A program made the translations under genes and the position numbers. A DNA stretch of 64,000 nucleotides from positions 183,706,001 to 183,770,000 of the forward strand of contig OZ024741.1 of NCBI GenBank assembly GCA_964016885.1, given 5' to 3'. Under the pieces are notes generated by a model. That model was not told the DNA's origin and made no database searches. It saw only the letters and a program-made list of their open reading frames with translations. This DNA is from Eledone cirrhosa. Its lineage: Eukaryota. Below, piece after piece: positions 1 to 14,765 of this stretch (positions are counted from its first letter, which is position 1; every line of letters begins with the position of its first letter).

Positions 1-720
1 GATATATATATATATATATACGCCGATATATATATATATATACGCCGATATATATATATATATATATATCGGCGTATATAGATGTGTGAGAGGCTATGTT
101 TCATCCTATACAAGCTTAGACAAACATGCAAATATAGAAACATACAAACCACACACACACACACGCACGCACACACACACACACACAAACACACACACAA
201 CACACACTCACACGCACAGAGGTAATATAACGTAACATACACAACACATATTTTGATAAATACATAGCGCTCTTTCGCAGATGTTCATGAGAAATTAATG
301 AGTATGCCATTTAATTCAAATAAACCTTTCAGCATCAATAAAACACCACTGTGCCCATGAAATAGCGAGTTAGTATAGGGAGTACAGAAGGACCGAACCC
401 TCCACTGCGGGATAGCTAATTTATTCTCTTCTCCTTATTGATGTGACATCGACAAAAAGCCTCTCCCAATATCCTGTCACGCAAACTCTATCATTATACA
501 GCTTCGTATCTTAAGCTCATTTATACGTGAGTATTTATGTATATATATATGCACGCGCGCATACACACACACTCCCATTTCCCTCTTTCTCCCATATACA
601 TATATATATAGAAGTGTGCGTGTGTGTGTATATATATATATATATACACATATATGCCTACGGATACTTAGATGCATATATATATATATATATACACATA
701 TATGCCTACGTATAGTTAGA

Positions 721-772
<52 letters not shown>

Positions 773-866
773 TCTAAGTATCCGTAGGCATATATGTGTG
801 TATATATATATATACACACATACACACTTCTCTCCCTCTTTCTCAGATATATATATGTGTGTAAAA

Positions 867-917
<51 letters not shown>

Positions 918-1384
918 GTTTTGTTGTAGGTTTGTGATTGCTCTCTCCCTAATTATTCTATTTGTTCATTTTATTTATTTATTTATTTATTCATTTATTT
1001 ATTTATTTATTTTCCTATTTTATTTTTGGCGGTGGGGGTTGCCATGTTTACCTCTTTAACTTCCGTCATGACATTGAAGCGTGTAGAAAACAACAACAAC
1101 AACAACAACAAAAACAATACTCACTCCAACAGCAACAATAATAACAACAGCACCAGAAGCAGCAACAGCAGCAATAACAATAACAATAAAAACAGCACCA
1201 TCAATAGTATCAACAGCAGCAGCAACAGCAGAAACAATAACAATAACCACAAGAACAACACAACAAAAGAAACAACAATGGCAATAGCATCCATATAAAA
1301 AATAACTGCTACGGCAACAACAAGGACAACAAGAAAAACAGCAACAACATAAACAACAAAAATCTTAAAGACATCTTAAAGAAA

Positions 1385-1790
1385 TCTTAAACCTCACATT
1401 TCTTTACTTTCGCATAAATCAAACTCAATGATCACATTCATAGAATCATAACTTTAAAATCCTATCTTTTATAACGAAGATCTTTGCGGATCACAACGTT
1501 AGGACCATAAAGTTTAAAATTTTTGGAACGTAATTTAGTGATCATAACTTTAGAATCATAACTAAAGAAACATATCTTTAGGACATAAGCTCAGGATCTT
1601 AAATTTACTTTCATAATTTTTAGGATCCTGGTGTTGGGATCGTAACATGGATATTAATACTTTAGAATCATACCTAAAGGATAATAACTTTAGCACCATA
1701 ACATTAGGATCATAACGTAAGGTTTATATCTTTAGGATCATATCTTTTCGAATCATAACACCGGGATTGTAACTCAAGCCTCATAATCTT
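1385..1790. repeat. Degenerate ~16-bp minisatellite (consensus ~AGGATCATAACTTTAG)
   Basis: Recurring ggatcataacttt / agaatcataactt variants in tandem. Confidence 0.75.
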
Positions 1791-2822
1791 TCTCTCCATA
1801 TTTCTAGAATCACAAAGGGTAATCATTGATTATGTTAGTGATATATGGTACAAACACGTTATAAATCTCAGTTCTCGTGATCAAATATTACCAGTACATT
1901 ACTCTTATTGCCAGATTGTAATTAAAGACAAAATCAATACAGAAGGTCGACTGTGTATGCGTCCTCTATAGATGTATTTTCTACTATTCTCTTAATATGT
2001 TACGAAACGTTTAGAAAGCTTTGTAGTAGGGTATGCTTTGAGGGAGGTTTGTTTCAGCTATTTCTATCTGGCTGATTGACTAATTAGAGAACTTCTTCAT
2101 CAGTACACAATAAAAAAGTAAAAGTATAGTTATATATGGTTCAATCTTATTTTCATGCCTTAAACGAATCAACTGTGAACAACTCTCTAGTTTTGTCTAT
2201 TATAAACTGAGAGGTCGTAAGTTTGCACCTTAGTAAATTGTTGCTGAGGAGTTTAGCCCCAGTGAAGCTCTGACTGGAAATATCTAGGATCGAAGACATT
2301 TAAGCCGAGACAACCCTGTCTTTATTTCATACCTTGGACTATGTTATACACTATTTCTATATTTTTCAAATGTCTGTAGGGTGTGATTAAAAGGGCATTT
2401 AACTGCTATTTCTAGAAGGTGAAGCTTCTACACAAAGGCTCATTGTTAGCTCGTATCTAGACACATACTCCTCCTACAGATATACATATAAACAGGTAAG
2501 ACAGTAGGGTGTAATTTAAGGGAGATTTGACTGCTGTTTCTAGAAGGTCAATCTACTAAGTAGATGGTACTCGATAGGTAATACCCTAGAGAGATCCAAG
2601 TGGGTAGCTATTTTTGCTGTTGTTTCACTTCAAATCAGTCACGACGGAGCAGATCTATGATCAAAGGCGCTAATATCACCTCTTATTTCATGTAGCACTA
2701 TGACTCAGCGTGTCCTTCTTTTAAGACAAACAACAGCTATCTGTCTTTTCCCCTGTCACTCTGCCGTTCAGCCTCTCTGCCCATTCTTCTTTCGCTGTTC
2801 TCTTCTTCCCGACTCGCCTTCT

Positions 2823-2882
<60 letters not shown>

Positions 2883-2922
2883 TATATATCTATCTATATA
2901 TATTTCTGCGTGGGTGTGTGTC

Positions 2923-3025
<103 letters not shown>

Positions 3026-3307
3026 TAATATTTGATGAACATTTACATGTTATAGTTGCAATTGACTAATAAGATCGCTAGAGTGAAACATCTTAATTCA
3101 ACAACATAAGGTCTGCCTGTACGATCTAGAAAATAATAAATCAATACTCACAGACTCATATGGGCAAAAAGCCTTGGTACCTAGACGTGCACTATGTGTG
3201 GGACGTTAGAGGACTGGAATAAGCGGTGTGCAAAACCTCGTGTATTTTCGCTACGCTAACCAGACCTTAGATATTTTTCTGAGGTTGAGTTATTTTATTT
3301 TTATCTG

Positions 3308-3467
3308 GGTGCCTATTGATAAACACAGAAATAGTTGATTAACTCACTGCTAATTAGTTAATTATTTTACTATTATACCATCCTTTGTGAAACATGTTTG
3401 AAGTTTGAAGTTCTTACCGATCTGCGGAAAAAGTTTGTATTTTGAATTTTAAACGTGTCTAGGTACC
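3308..3467 (+). ncRNA. Type I hammerhead ribozyme, U3-A8 core variant, long stems II and III
   Basis: Stem I GGTGCCTA/TAGGTACC; core TTGATAA 3316-3322; GAAA 3389-3392; ~19-bp stem III ACATGTTTGAAGTTTGAAG/TTTTGAATTTTAAACGTGT; GTC triplet 3457-3459. Confidence 0.7.
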
Positions 3468-3873
3468 AAGGCTTTTTGCCCATATGAGTCTGTGGGTATT
3501 GATTTATTATTTTCTAGATCGTACAGGCAGACCTTATGTTGTTGAATTAAGATTTTTCACTCTAGCGATCTTATTAGTCAATTGCAACTATAACATGTAA
3601 ATGTTCATCAAATATTAATTTATACTGCTCAGAAGCGATTCCTAGAGCTGAAATGATTGTAAATGACCTCTCTGCGTCTAAACTCTAAGCTATTTATCAC
3701 TGCTCCCCAAGGTGAGCTGAATTTTGTAATCCCATACAAACGGCTATTATTTCTAGCACTATGTGTGGGACGTTAGAGGACTGGAATAAGCCGTGTGCAA
3801 AACCTCGTGTATTTTCGCTACGCTAACCAGACCTTAGATATTTTTCTGAGGTAGAGTTATTTTATTTTATCTG

Positions 3874-4033
3874 GGTACCTATTGATAAACACAGAAATAG
3901 TTGATTAACTCACTGCTAATTAGTTAATTATTTTACTATTATACCATCCTTTGTGAAACATGTTTGAAATTTGAAGTTCTGACCGATCTGCGGAAAAAGT
4001 TTGTATTTTGAATTTTAAACGTGTCTAGGTACC
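3874..4033 (+). ncRNA. Type I hammerhead ribozyme, U3-A8 variant (second tandem copy)
   Basis: GGTACCTA/TAGGTACC; TTGATAA 3882-3888; GAAA 3955-3958; GTC 4023-4025; two G.U pairs of copy 1 are A-U pairs here. Confidence 0.7.
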
Positions 4034-4339
4034 AAGGCTTTTTGCCCATATGAGTCTGTGAGTATTGATTTATTATTTTCTAGATCGTACAGGCAGACCT
4101 TATGTTGTTGAATTAAGATTTTTCACTCTAGCGATCTTATTAGTCAATTGCAACTATAACATGTAAATGTTCATCAAATATTAATTTATACTGCTCAGAA
4201 GCGATTCCTAGAGCTGAAATGATTGTAAATGACCTCTCTGAGTCTAAACTCTAAGCTATTTATATATATATATATATATATATTTCGTTTCTGAATTTGT
4301 TTAGCAAGATTCTTTATCTGAAATCGTGTGTTGAAACCG

Positions 4340-4671
4340 ATATTGTTATACTTTGGGAGGGTCATGTTGCCAATAAGAAACACACGCACCAGTTGCTTTC
4401 ACTTCAATTTATTATAATAAATTTATAATAAATTTATAAATTTATAAATTTCTGGTTGGTTGGTTGGTTCCACAACCAGATAGTTGTTTATATATTGTCA
4501 ATATATATATTGACAATATATAAACAACTATCTGGTTGTGGAACCAACCAACCAACCAGAAATTTATAAATTTATAAATTTATTATAAATTTATTATAAT
4601 AAATTGAAGTGAAAGCAACTGGTGCGTGTGTTTCTTATTGGCAACATGACCCTCCCAAAGAATAACAATAT
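4340..4671. repeat. Spacerless ~332-bp palindrome
   Basis: Arms mirror about 4505/4506 (tgtcaatata|tatattgaca) with one visible mismatch. Confidence 0.9.
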
Positions 4672-4693
4672 ATATATATATATATATATATAT

Positions 4694-4875
4694 CTAAGGC
4701 GGGTAAAATTCCAGAGATCCATGGACGAGTTCTCTCCAGCGGTCTCTGTCCCTCATTATCGCTGCCATATCCTGCATCTCCAACAGACCAGTGTCCGTCC
4801 TTAGGGCATCAACATATGTTAACCTTGGTCTTCCTCTTCTAGTGTGTCCATGTAGGGGCTCCCAAAGGAGCACTG
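4694..4875 (-). mobile_element. RTE-clade LINE 3' fragment
   Basis: LLWEPLHGHTRRGRPRLTYVD...MRDRDRWRELV is a typical RTE C-terminus. Confidence 0.75.
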
Positions 4876-4898
4876 AGTGCAATGTCATATATATATGT

Positions 4899-4960
<62 letters not shown>

Positions 4961-4965
<5 letters not shown>

Positions 4966-6150
4966 CTTCGCTACCACTTATACCACCGTCGATGGTTTAG
5001 ACAGGGAAATCATCGCTCACTGCCGGAAAACTCTCCTCTTCAACGACGGAGTAGCCTGGGCAAAGAAGTCTACAACTTCAGACCTGTTCGACGTCTCCAT
5101 GGGATCGTTTGACAGTGCTGACGTGTGTGACTTGGTTGGCCTTTTTATCTTAGACATATTACGTGTTAGATTCCCGGACTTCCACACGGGAATATACCGT
5201 GACGATGGACTGACTTTATCGAGCCATAAATGTGGTCACGACCTCGACCGGTTTAAAAAAGACTTAGCTTCTACCTTCAATGAGTTAGGCCTTAGGATAA
5301 CAGTAGCCACCAACCTCTCTAGCGTAGATTTCTTAGACTTTAATTTAGACCTTCGCACATACACCCACATACCCTTTCATAAGCTAAACGAGAAACTTAA
5401 TTACATTCACAAGGACTCATGCCACCCTCCCTCTGTTTTTAGAAACTTCGTTAAGAATATCAGTACTAGAATCTAAAACCTCTCCTCTAATAAGGCTATC
5501 TTTAACACGGCGTTGGCTAACAGCGGCTTCTCACAACCTATCACCTACTCTCCCACTAGCAACAACACCATTAAGAAAAGTAAGCGCATCAATAGACAAA
5601 CTATCTGGTTCTCTTCTCCCTTCTCACTCAACATTAAAACCAATGTAGGAAACAAACCAAGATAGCAATAATAATATTTCTAACAACAATATTCATAATA
5701 ATAGTACCGTTCCTAATAACAAGTCCAGAAAATGTAACTGTAGAATTAAATCAAACTGCCCTTTACAAAATAATTGCTTAGACCAAAATGTAATTTATAA
5801 ATGCACAGTTAAAACTAGAGACAAAATATTTAACTATATAGGTGCCACTTCCACAAAATTCAAAGAACGCTGGTACAACCACAAACATAAATTTAATAGC
5901 TCCGATAAAAAACTTCCACTTCACTTTCACATTTAATTTGGAATTTAAAGGACAACAATATAGACTACTCAATATCTTGGGGAACGATTTCGAAAGCACC
6001 TGCATACCGAAATACGGCTTTCTCAAGCATCTGTCACTTGTGTATCGAGGACATTTTTTATATAATTAATTGTCAAAACTCTATTAATTTAAAAACAGAA
6101 TTATTTTCTAGTTGCAGACATCGCGAAAATTCCACTTTCAGAAGTATTTT
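4961..6150 (+). pseudogene. PLE reverse transcriptase + GIY-YIG endonuclease, disrupted
   Basis: ORF 4877..5476 (its N-terminus is microsatellite); TAA at 5474-5476; frameshifted endonuclease to ...ELFSSCRH. Confidence 0.85.
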
Positions 6151-6500
6151 TAATCTATGATATTCATGACTATTTCTTTTACACCTTTAAAATGATCCTA
6201 TTATTTACTGAATATTTCTTTAAAATTTAAACATTTAAAAAATGATCTTCCTTCTTAAATTTAGTATTTTTACCATTTGATATTCTTTTCCTAATGATAC
6301 TCTTCTTAATCTATTTTTTAGATGTAGATTGATACTCTTTAATTGACATTCTGAAAGATATTCTCTTTACGATAGTTCTTCGAAATGCATAATACTTTTT
6401 TCCTCTTTTTAATCTTCAAACTTTTCACACATCTTTCGACGTAAATAATATGTAATTGAAATTCTCATCCTTGAAAAAAAGTAATCTCACACGAAATAAT

Positions 6501-6686
6501 TGTTTCTACTTTAGGCACAAGGCCAGCAATTACCCAGTGCATTACTGGTACTTTATTTTATCGACCCCGTAAGGATGAAAGGCAAAGTCAACCTCGGCGG
6601 GATTTGAACTCAGATCGTAAAGGGACGTAACTATGCTGGAAAGCATGGCGTGCGACCCTCCACCGATACTGCCAATCCACCGCCCT
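6501..6686 (-). mobile_element. tRNA-derived SINE with 16-bp target-site duplication
   Basis: A-box TGGCAGTATCGG, B-box GAGTTCAAATCC; TSD TCTCACACGAAATAAT at 6485-6500 and 6687-6702; nested in the PLE 3' region. Confidence 0.9.
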
Positions 6687-7404
6687 TCTCACACGAAATA
6701 ATATATAACTATATATATAAACTATATAACTTCGCTAAATTAACAATGTTCTGAAAACATTTTCAATGTTGGAACAAAATATTTGAATCTACAAATTGTT
6801 TTCCTCATACAACTTGAACTACGTCTTTTCCTTAACTTTTTTTAATGTAAAATGTAAAATCAACATCCTTCGTAACTCATATTAGAAATATAAACAATTA
6901 ATAATTGTGGTTTATTTCTATAAAATCACTAATAATACTTTTACTTGCACAATTATTAATCTATATAGATATTTATATACTTACAACCTGTTGTAATGTA
7001 ATAAGATAAAATGTACGTACAACCATAATTCTTCATATAATCTAATTGATTATATATAACTCATAATATAGCTAAATATATTTTTTTAAATTCTGGAATC
7101 ATATTCCACCATTCCTACAAACTGTTAATTCTTTTTAAATTAACGTAAATACAATCTCTTCTTTCTTTCTCTTTCTTCTTCCTACACATACATACATATA
7201 TCCTAATAATTATACAAATCTACGTAGCGTCTAAAAATAACGTTTTTTCCAGCCCTATACCTCAACCTCATTTGCATACTCATCTTAATAATTTGAAATA
7301 TTTGACTTTTTTTCCCTTTCCCTTCTTTCCTTTACTATCCAGGAAAAACTTGAACCGTTAAGATCTTCTTCCTGGTTATGTCAATATTTACAAAACAAAC
7401 TTTG

Positions 7405-7465
7405 TATTTTATCTGATGAGGGCGTACCAAAGTTTTAGTACCCTTGAAATATATATAATAGAATA
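7405..7465 (+). ncRNA. Type I hammerhead ribozyme (PLE pLTR type, palindromic stem III)
   Basis: TATTTTAT-CTGATGA-stem II (GTAC/GTAC)-GAAA-TATATA-TA|ATAGAATA. Confidence 0.85.
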
Positions 7466-7505
7466 AATATGGTTTTATAAATATAGTTTCCATTTATTTA
7501 ATATC

Positions 7506-7624
<119 letters not shown>

Positions 7625-7835
7625 GCGTGTGTGTGTGTGTGTGTATGTATAGTTGTCTTTATTTAAGTGTAATATTAACAGCAAGCTTAGTGAAATTTTC
7701 ATTATCATGTTGACAAGTACGAGGGAAGCTCTTGATTAACCAATGAGGTCAGAATAAGACCAAAATCTTTCCGGAGTTGATACCCGTAAATGTCGAACAA
7801 ATCAAAATTATATTAGCCATAGACTAACGTTGTTT

Positions 7836-7907
<72 letters not shown>

Positions 7908-8483
7908 TCTCTCTCTCCCCCTCTCTCTCTCCTTCTCTCTCTCCCCTCTCTCCATCTCTTCTTCTCCCAATCCTCCCTTCTCTCCCTTGTCTCCCTTCTC
8001 TCACCTTATATTTAAATTTACAATGTTTAATGTGAATGAGTGTGAAATTCCGTGTCTCCGTCCATTTATGTCATTATAGATGAATAAATGACTATAATCT
8101 TTAAGCATAAATCTACAATCATAAACACATATAAGCGTACGCATATGTACACATACACATAAATGATATAAAAGCACACGCATACGCACACATGACATAA
8201 ACACACGCATAAGCAAGCACAAACTTAAGAACATATATCTATTCACACATACACACATACAGGTACACATATATGACATAATCGCACATGGTGGCAAGTA
8301 CACCTAAACGCACTCATAAACACCAAAACGCACGTAAATACACAGACACACCAGCCAGAAATTAAGGCAAGTATTTAATCAAGCTTGTTAACATTCAATT
8401 TTTAAATTTCCATGCAAGAAATAGAGGGAAAATGTGTAAAATATCAACAGACAAAACAACAACAACAACTGCAAAACAAAAAT

Positions 8484-8517
<34 letters not shown>

Positions 8518-8552
8518 GCAACAACAACTTTAACAAGAGCAGCAACAATAAT

Positions 8553-8737
8553 TGTTTCTACTATTGGCACAAGCCAGCAAATACCCAGTACATTACTGGT
8601 ACTTTATTTTATCGACCCCGTAAGGATGAAAGGCAAAGTTAACCTCGGCGGGATTTGAACTCAGAATGGCAAGGGCCGTAACTCTATGCTGGAAAGCATG
8701 GCGTCCGACCCTCTACCGATACTGCCAATTCACCGCC
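8553..8737 (-). mobile_element. tRNA-derived SINE (same family as 6501-6686)
   Basis: Near-identical core ggtactttattttatcgaccccgtaaggatgaaaggcaaag and B-box. Confidence 0.85.
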
Positions 8738-8752
8738 ATTGCAACAATAATG

Positions 8753-8950
8753 ATTTCTACTATAGGCACAAGACCACCAATTTTGGGGGAGAGGAAAGTC
8801 GATTAAATTGGCCCCAGTACGTGACTGGTACTTTATTTTACCGACCTCATAATGATAAAATTCAAAAGTAACTTTAGCGTGATTTGAACACAGAACGTAA
8901 AGGGCCGCAACTCTATGCTGCAATGTATGTTGTCCGACACTCTACCGGTA
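8753..8950 (-). mobile_element. Diverged SINE, same family
   Basis: ggcacaagaccacc...actggtactttattttaccgacc...gatttgaacacagaacg. Confidence 0.75.
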
Positions 8951-9330
8951 AACGTCAGTAATAACGGTAACAGCAACAATAAAAGCATCTTCAACAACAG
9001 TATCAACAACAACAGTAAAGACAGATGCAATAACAATAACAACTTGAACAACAACAATAACAGTAACGACAACTGCGATAACAATACACTCATTTAAGTG
9101 AAAAACGAAGCTGATAAAGAATAAAAAAAAAATGGACGACGATGACGTTTGATATGAAGCACAGCAGACATATTGATGATGCTGATGATGGAGATGTTGA
9201 TAACGGTAAAAAGGTAATAATCTTTTCTAACGCACATGTATATATGTATGTATGCACGTATGTATGCATGTATGTTTGTATGTATACATGTATGTATGTA
9301 TGTTTGTATGTATGTGTGTATGTATGTATG

Positions 9331-9786
9331 TCAAAGAGCAAAGGAGCTCTTAAGAGTCAATGGCCATCCAAAATCACCGGGAGAGATGACCCCTTAGCCT
9401 TTGTCAAAGCAGAATTCTAGGAGAAGGAAAACTCTGATATAACACCTGCAACCCTGATGGTATCCAATGATGTTGACTTGTTCTTCTTTTTGGTAAATAT
9501 CATCTTGGTTAAGAGAGTGGGACTGGCTTTGTGCAGTGCCTTTGCTCACTATAAAAGCTTCACGGCACAGGCATTGCTTTATATATGGAGATCTCTCTGC
9601 ACTTGTCGTCACATGGTACCATGGGCCCAGCACTGTGTCAATAATTGTCACAAGTGTAGTGTTTGTACCAGAGTTTTCAAGTCGCTGGCTGGACTAAAAT
9701 GTCACACTCGTTCAGCGCATCGGCAGGAGTTCTCCTACATGGATATAAAGTAGTGGCCGTACTCGAAAACGAGTTGGTAGCCACAA
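9331..9786 (+). mobile_element. RTE-like LINE 3' end with C2H2 zinc fingers, in (TATG)n
   Basis: CSVCTRVFKSLAGLKCHTRSAH; 3' end gttggtagccacaa(tgta)n. Confidence 0.6.
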
Positions 9787-9888
9787 TGTATGCACGTATG
9801 TATGTATGTATGTTTGTATATGTGCATGAATGTATGTACGTACGTATGTATGTATGTATGTATGTATGTATGTATGTATGTATGTATG

Positions 9889-9917
<29 letters not shown>

Positions 9918-9920
<3 letters not shown>

Positions 9921-10428
9921 GAGACCACCTCACATTCAAGGATTGTGTAAAGGACTCATTGAAAAAAAACTGGTTTGATGATGGCTGACTGTGAGATCGA
10001 ATCTCTTGAAAGAGAAACTTGGCGTGAAATGGTGAATGATGGGGACCATAATTTTAAGGACAGACGCATAGAGTAAGAGAAGATCAAACGGGATGTGCGT
10101 AAGCAATGCCCCGATGTATCTCTCGAAACGATCGGTGTCTCCATTGAATTGAAATGCCCTGAGTGTGGAAAATTTTGCTTGAGCAAATCTCGTCTCAGGA
10201 GCCACAGTCGCAGCCATGTTCAAAGAAAACTAGTGAACTATGATCTCCATGGTCTTGTGAGGGTTCATGGCCAACCTGACGCAGGACCTCAAGCCAGGGA
10301 GGTCCTTAGTTGTCGCCAGTGTGTGAAGGAGTGCAAGTCTTTAGCAGGCTTGAAAACCCATATCCGAGCGTCACACATCTGAATCTGACAAGCGATTGCA
10401 ATACTCTTGGCAGAGTTTGCAGCCATCA
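9918..10428 (+). mobile_element. RTE-like LINE 3' end with two C2H2 zinc fingers, in (TATG)n
   Basis: FKDCVKDSLKK...RETWREMV...; CPECGKFCLSKSRLRSHSRSH and CRQCVKECKSLAGLKTHIRASH; (tgta)n tail. Confidence 0.7.
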
Positions 10429-10506
10429 TGTATGTACGTACGTATGCATGCATGTATGAATGTATGAATGTATGTATGTGTATATATATTGTTTTGTGAT
10501 TATGTA

Positions 10507-10557
<51 letters not shown>

Positions 10558-10576
10558 TGTTTTACTGTTTTGTGAT

Positions 10577-10629
<53 letters not shown>

Positions 10630-11267
10630 GTGTGTGTGTGTGTATGTGTAATAAACACCTTTATAACAGTAACATGATCTCTCAGCCTAGAACAAACGCA
10701 AATGAAACTGGAGAAGGCAAGGAAACAAGAAAGAGAGGAATAAGACTCAGTAACTGCTGAGTAAGAAGCCATGAATTCCATACAACAATAAAATATTACA
10801 ACAACAAAAACGAAAAAAAGATACCTCAACAAAAAATACTGATGAATCGGAAGTGAATATTTTCTGCGGGGCTGTTAACTGTCACGAATTATCCCTTCTT
10901 AATTCTAGGAAAGAGATTACGTTAGTAATTATTGCAAATTAAAACGACTATTATCAGTTGATAAGACTGGAAAATAAGGAAAAATGTTGAAAAGGGGCTA
11001 AAGGGTGTGTGGAGGGAAATTGGGGTAGGGACGGGAATGGGATAGCAAAATGACTGGAAAAACGTAAAATAGGGAAGAATTATTTGATAGGGAGTGGCAG
11101 GGATGGGATGTTTCTGTACAATGGAAATGTTTACTTGGCTTTTTTATGGATGTTTTATACGTGTGTTTGTGATTGTTTCTGTTTGCATCCATGTGTGTGT
11201 GTGTGGCGGTGTGAATATGTTTGCATATTTGTATATGGATGCCTGTGTGTGTGTATGTATGTATGTA

Positions 11268-11329
<62 letters not shown>

Positions 11330-11542
11330 TATGCATAAGTGTATGCATTTGCTTATACATATATGTGTATATGCTGCATGAAATCTGTGTGTATAAATGA
11401 AAATACCTATCTATGTGTGTGTATGAATGCATATGTATTTATATATATATATATATGTATACGTACACACGCTCACACACATACACATACAGATACACAC
11501 GTACACACACACACGCACAAACGCACACACGCATATACAGAC

Positions 11543-11623
<81 letters not shown>

Positions 11624-11909
11624 TATATATGTATATTTATATATGAGTGGGGAGGTATCAGTTCGTTTTGCTAATTATTTCCCCCTGCTATGCTTTTGTT
11701 CCACCATTATCAATTATGAAACAAAAGTGGAATCTTTCTCTGAACGGTGGTGGCAGTGGAGGCTTGGGTTGGTGGTGGTAGTGGTTGTAGTGGGGGGTGA
11801 AGGTTGTGATGGTGGGGTGGCGGCGGCCATCATCACTGCTATTGGCTATGATAACATTCTTTAATCCACTAGTTCGCTTCCAGTTAACAATACCACCACC
11901 ACCACCACC

Positions 11910-11940
<31 letters not shown>

Positions 11941-12242
11941 CTATCAACAATAACAGCCTCAGCATCAAACTCACTAAGAATAATAAAACTTGCACAAGAT
12001 CTTTAACTTAATTTAACAACACCAGCAGAAATAGCAACAACAATAACATCAACAGCAATATAATAAAAAGCAACAACAACAGCAACAGCAACAATAACAA
12101 CAACAGCTGCAACCAGAAGAACAAAAGCATCACCAACCAAAATATATAAAAAGCAACAGAAAGAGTAGCAGTAACAACATCAACAACATTATCACCACCA
12201 CCACCACCACCACCACCACCAGCGTCACACACCAAAACTACT

Positions 12243-12296
<54 letters not shown>

Positions 12297-12861
12297 TTCA
12301 TCATCATCATCATCATTGTCATCATCATCGTCACGATGATGATGATGATGACGATGATGATGATGATAATGATGATGATCATCATCATCATTATCATCAT
12401 CACCATCTTTGGAAATAACGATCAGCTAAGTGTTGAAGCGAAACCTTCAAGAAATTAACCATTACCCTACCGCTCAAATAAATAACCAACATGGATAATG
12501 TAGTCCTAGCGCTAAAACGTTGGAATGGTCATGGGAGGAGTGCCACTGATCATATTTATGTTCGGTCAAGCTTGACTTGGGATTAAAAAGCGACAGTACA
12601 TGAACCACAGAGTACTACAGAGAACATAACGACAATAATAACAATAAAAATGTGAAAGTACACCATAATTTTCACTAAGAACAGTCACATACATATAAAC
12701 ACAAACACAGACTCGCATACCAGTAATAGGCGTTTAAGTAAAGAAATACTATAGATGCATGAGATATATAAAATGGCGTCTATTCAATTTTACTTTTGTA
12801 TTGCTCAGTGTTATTTGAAGAGACGCGGGAATAAAGACAAAACAAAAGCAACACTTCAACT

Positions 12862-12901
<40 letters not shown>

Positions 12902-12940
12902 TATATATATATGTTTAATATATATATATATTTAAATATG

Positions 12941-13059
<119 letters not shown>

Positions 13060-13478
13060 AACGGAAAAAATGAAACGAAACTTCATTTCTCACTCTTAGT
13101 ACGGCTGTTACTTAAATATAAGCATATATACGTACATACATATATATGTATACAGACGCACAGTAGTATGTATATATATATATACATACATGCACACATA
13201 TATATATGTACGTATGGATTCACCGAACATTTATTATAATGCTCGGTGTGTTTGTAAACAAACATCCCGAATTAAGACGTAGTGTCTAGCAACCATCGTT
13301 GCTCGTTTGTTCAACCCTGACAAAGGAACGCTGTACTAGTTTCAAGCTTATTAACTATCGTCAGCAACGCATACCTTCCTGCCAGATGATTGAATGTCTG
13401 AAAGTATATACTTTCCTTATGCATATTAACGGCTGAGCAGCCTATATATATATATACGGGATAACATATACACACACA

Positions 13479-13603
<125 letters not shown>

Positions 13604-14724
13604 ATACACACACACGCACATATATATATATATGTATTTATTTTGTATGTGTCCGTGCATGTGTTTATATGTGTATGCGTGTGTATATTATGTCTGTCAT
13701 TATTTTTTTAGGGAGAACAATAAAACCTGGCGAATACATTCAAAATGATAAAGAATGTTAAAGAATGGTAATTTCTAGCGACAGAATAAATGGGAGAATA
13801 AACAGAAGGTGTCATAGAAGAGCCTCAGGTATTTTCTCAACACTAATTAATTAGTTATGATTGTGTAGTATCTCATAGAAATACTGTCTAATGGAAATTG
13901 AATGTTTCACCATCATCAAATGTACGTAGCAAAACTGACAGGAAACGAAGAAAGCGAAGCTTTTTTTTTGTTGTTGTTGATGAAAATGATGATAATGATG
14001 ATCATGATGATAATCATGATGACATTTTTAGTGTTTCTTTTCCAATATTTGCTGTGTTTTGTTGTTTTTTGTATGTTTTTTCTTTTTTCTTTTTCGTATT
14101 ACTTTTTCTTTTATATCCACCCCGAAAACATTTTTACCCTTTATCAATTTTTTTTTTCCAAAATTATTGTAAAATTTCTTTTGAAAGCTTTAAAAACATA
14201 CCTCCCCCCCCACCGTTGCCACCACCACCACCACTACCATCACCAACATATATTTGTGTGTATGTGTGTGCATGTATGTGTGTGTGTGTGTGTGTGTGTG
14301 TATAAGTGCCTATGAGTGTGAATGTGTGAGCGAGCTTGAGTACGTGTGTATATGAGTGTGAATGTGAGTGTGCATGCAGTGTTCATAAACTGAAACAAAA
14401 GAGGTAGAGAGAGGGAAGGAACAGCTGGCGGGAGAAGCTGGGAAAAAGAAGGAATGCAACAAGGTATATTCTATGACTGTAGGTGAAGGAGGAACGAAAG
14501 GACGGGCGCTGCTCGTGATAGGGAGGGGGAGTGAGGGATAGAGATATAAGGGAAAAACTAGTCGCTGCTGCAAATTGGAAAGAAAAAGGAAAAGAATATA
14601 GAATATACTTCTTGAGACAAAAAGGTAACAAGAGAGCAAAAAGGAAAGAAAGAAAGAAAGAGAGAAACAGAGAAAGAGAGAAAGAGAGAACGTGTGTGTG
14701 TGTATGTGTGTGTGTGTGTGTGCG

Positions 14725-14765
<41 letters not shown>

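Noticed and set aside
1385-1790. CRISPR-like array
   Set aside because: Contiguous degenerate minisatellite with no unique spacers, in eukaryotic DNA.
3545-3622. Opposite-polarity hammerhead (TTGATGA...GAAA on the minus strand) that would make the 566-nt RNA viroid-like
   Set aside because: No convincing stem I or III, and the motif is not conserved in the 41114-41448 copy.
6501-6686. tRNA genes at A/B-box motifs
   Set aside because: They are SINE heads without a full cloverleaf and are followed by SINE bodies.
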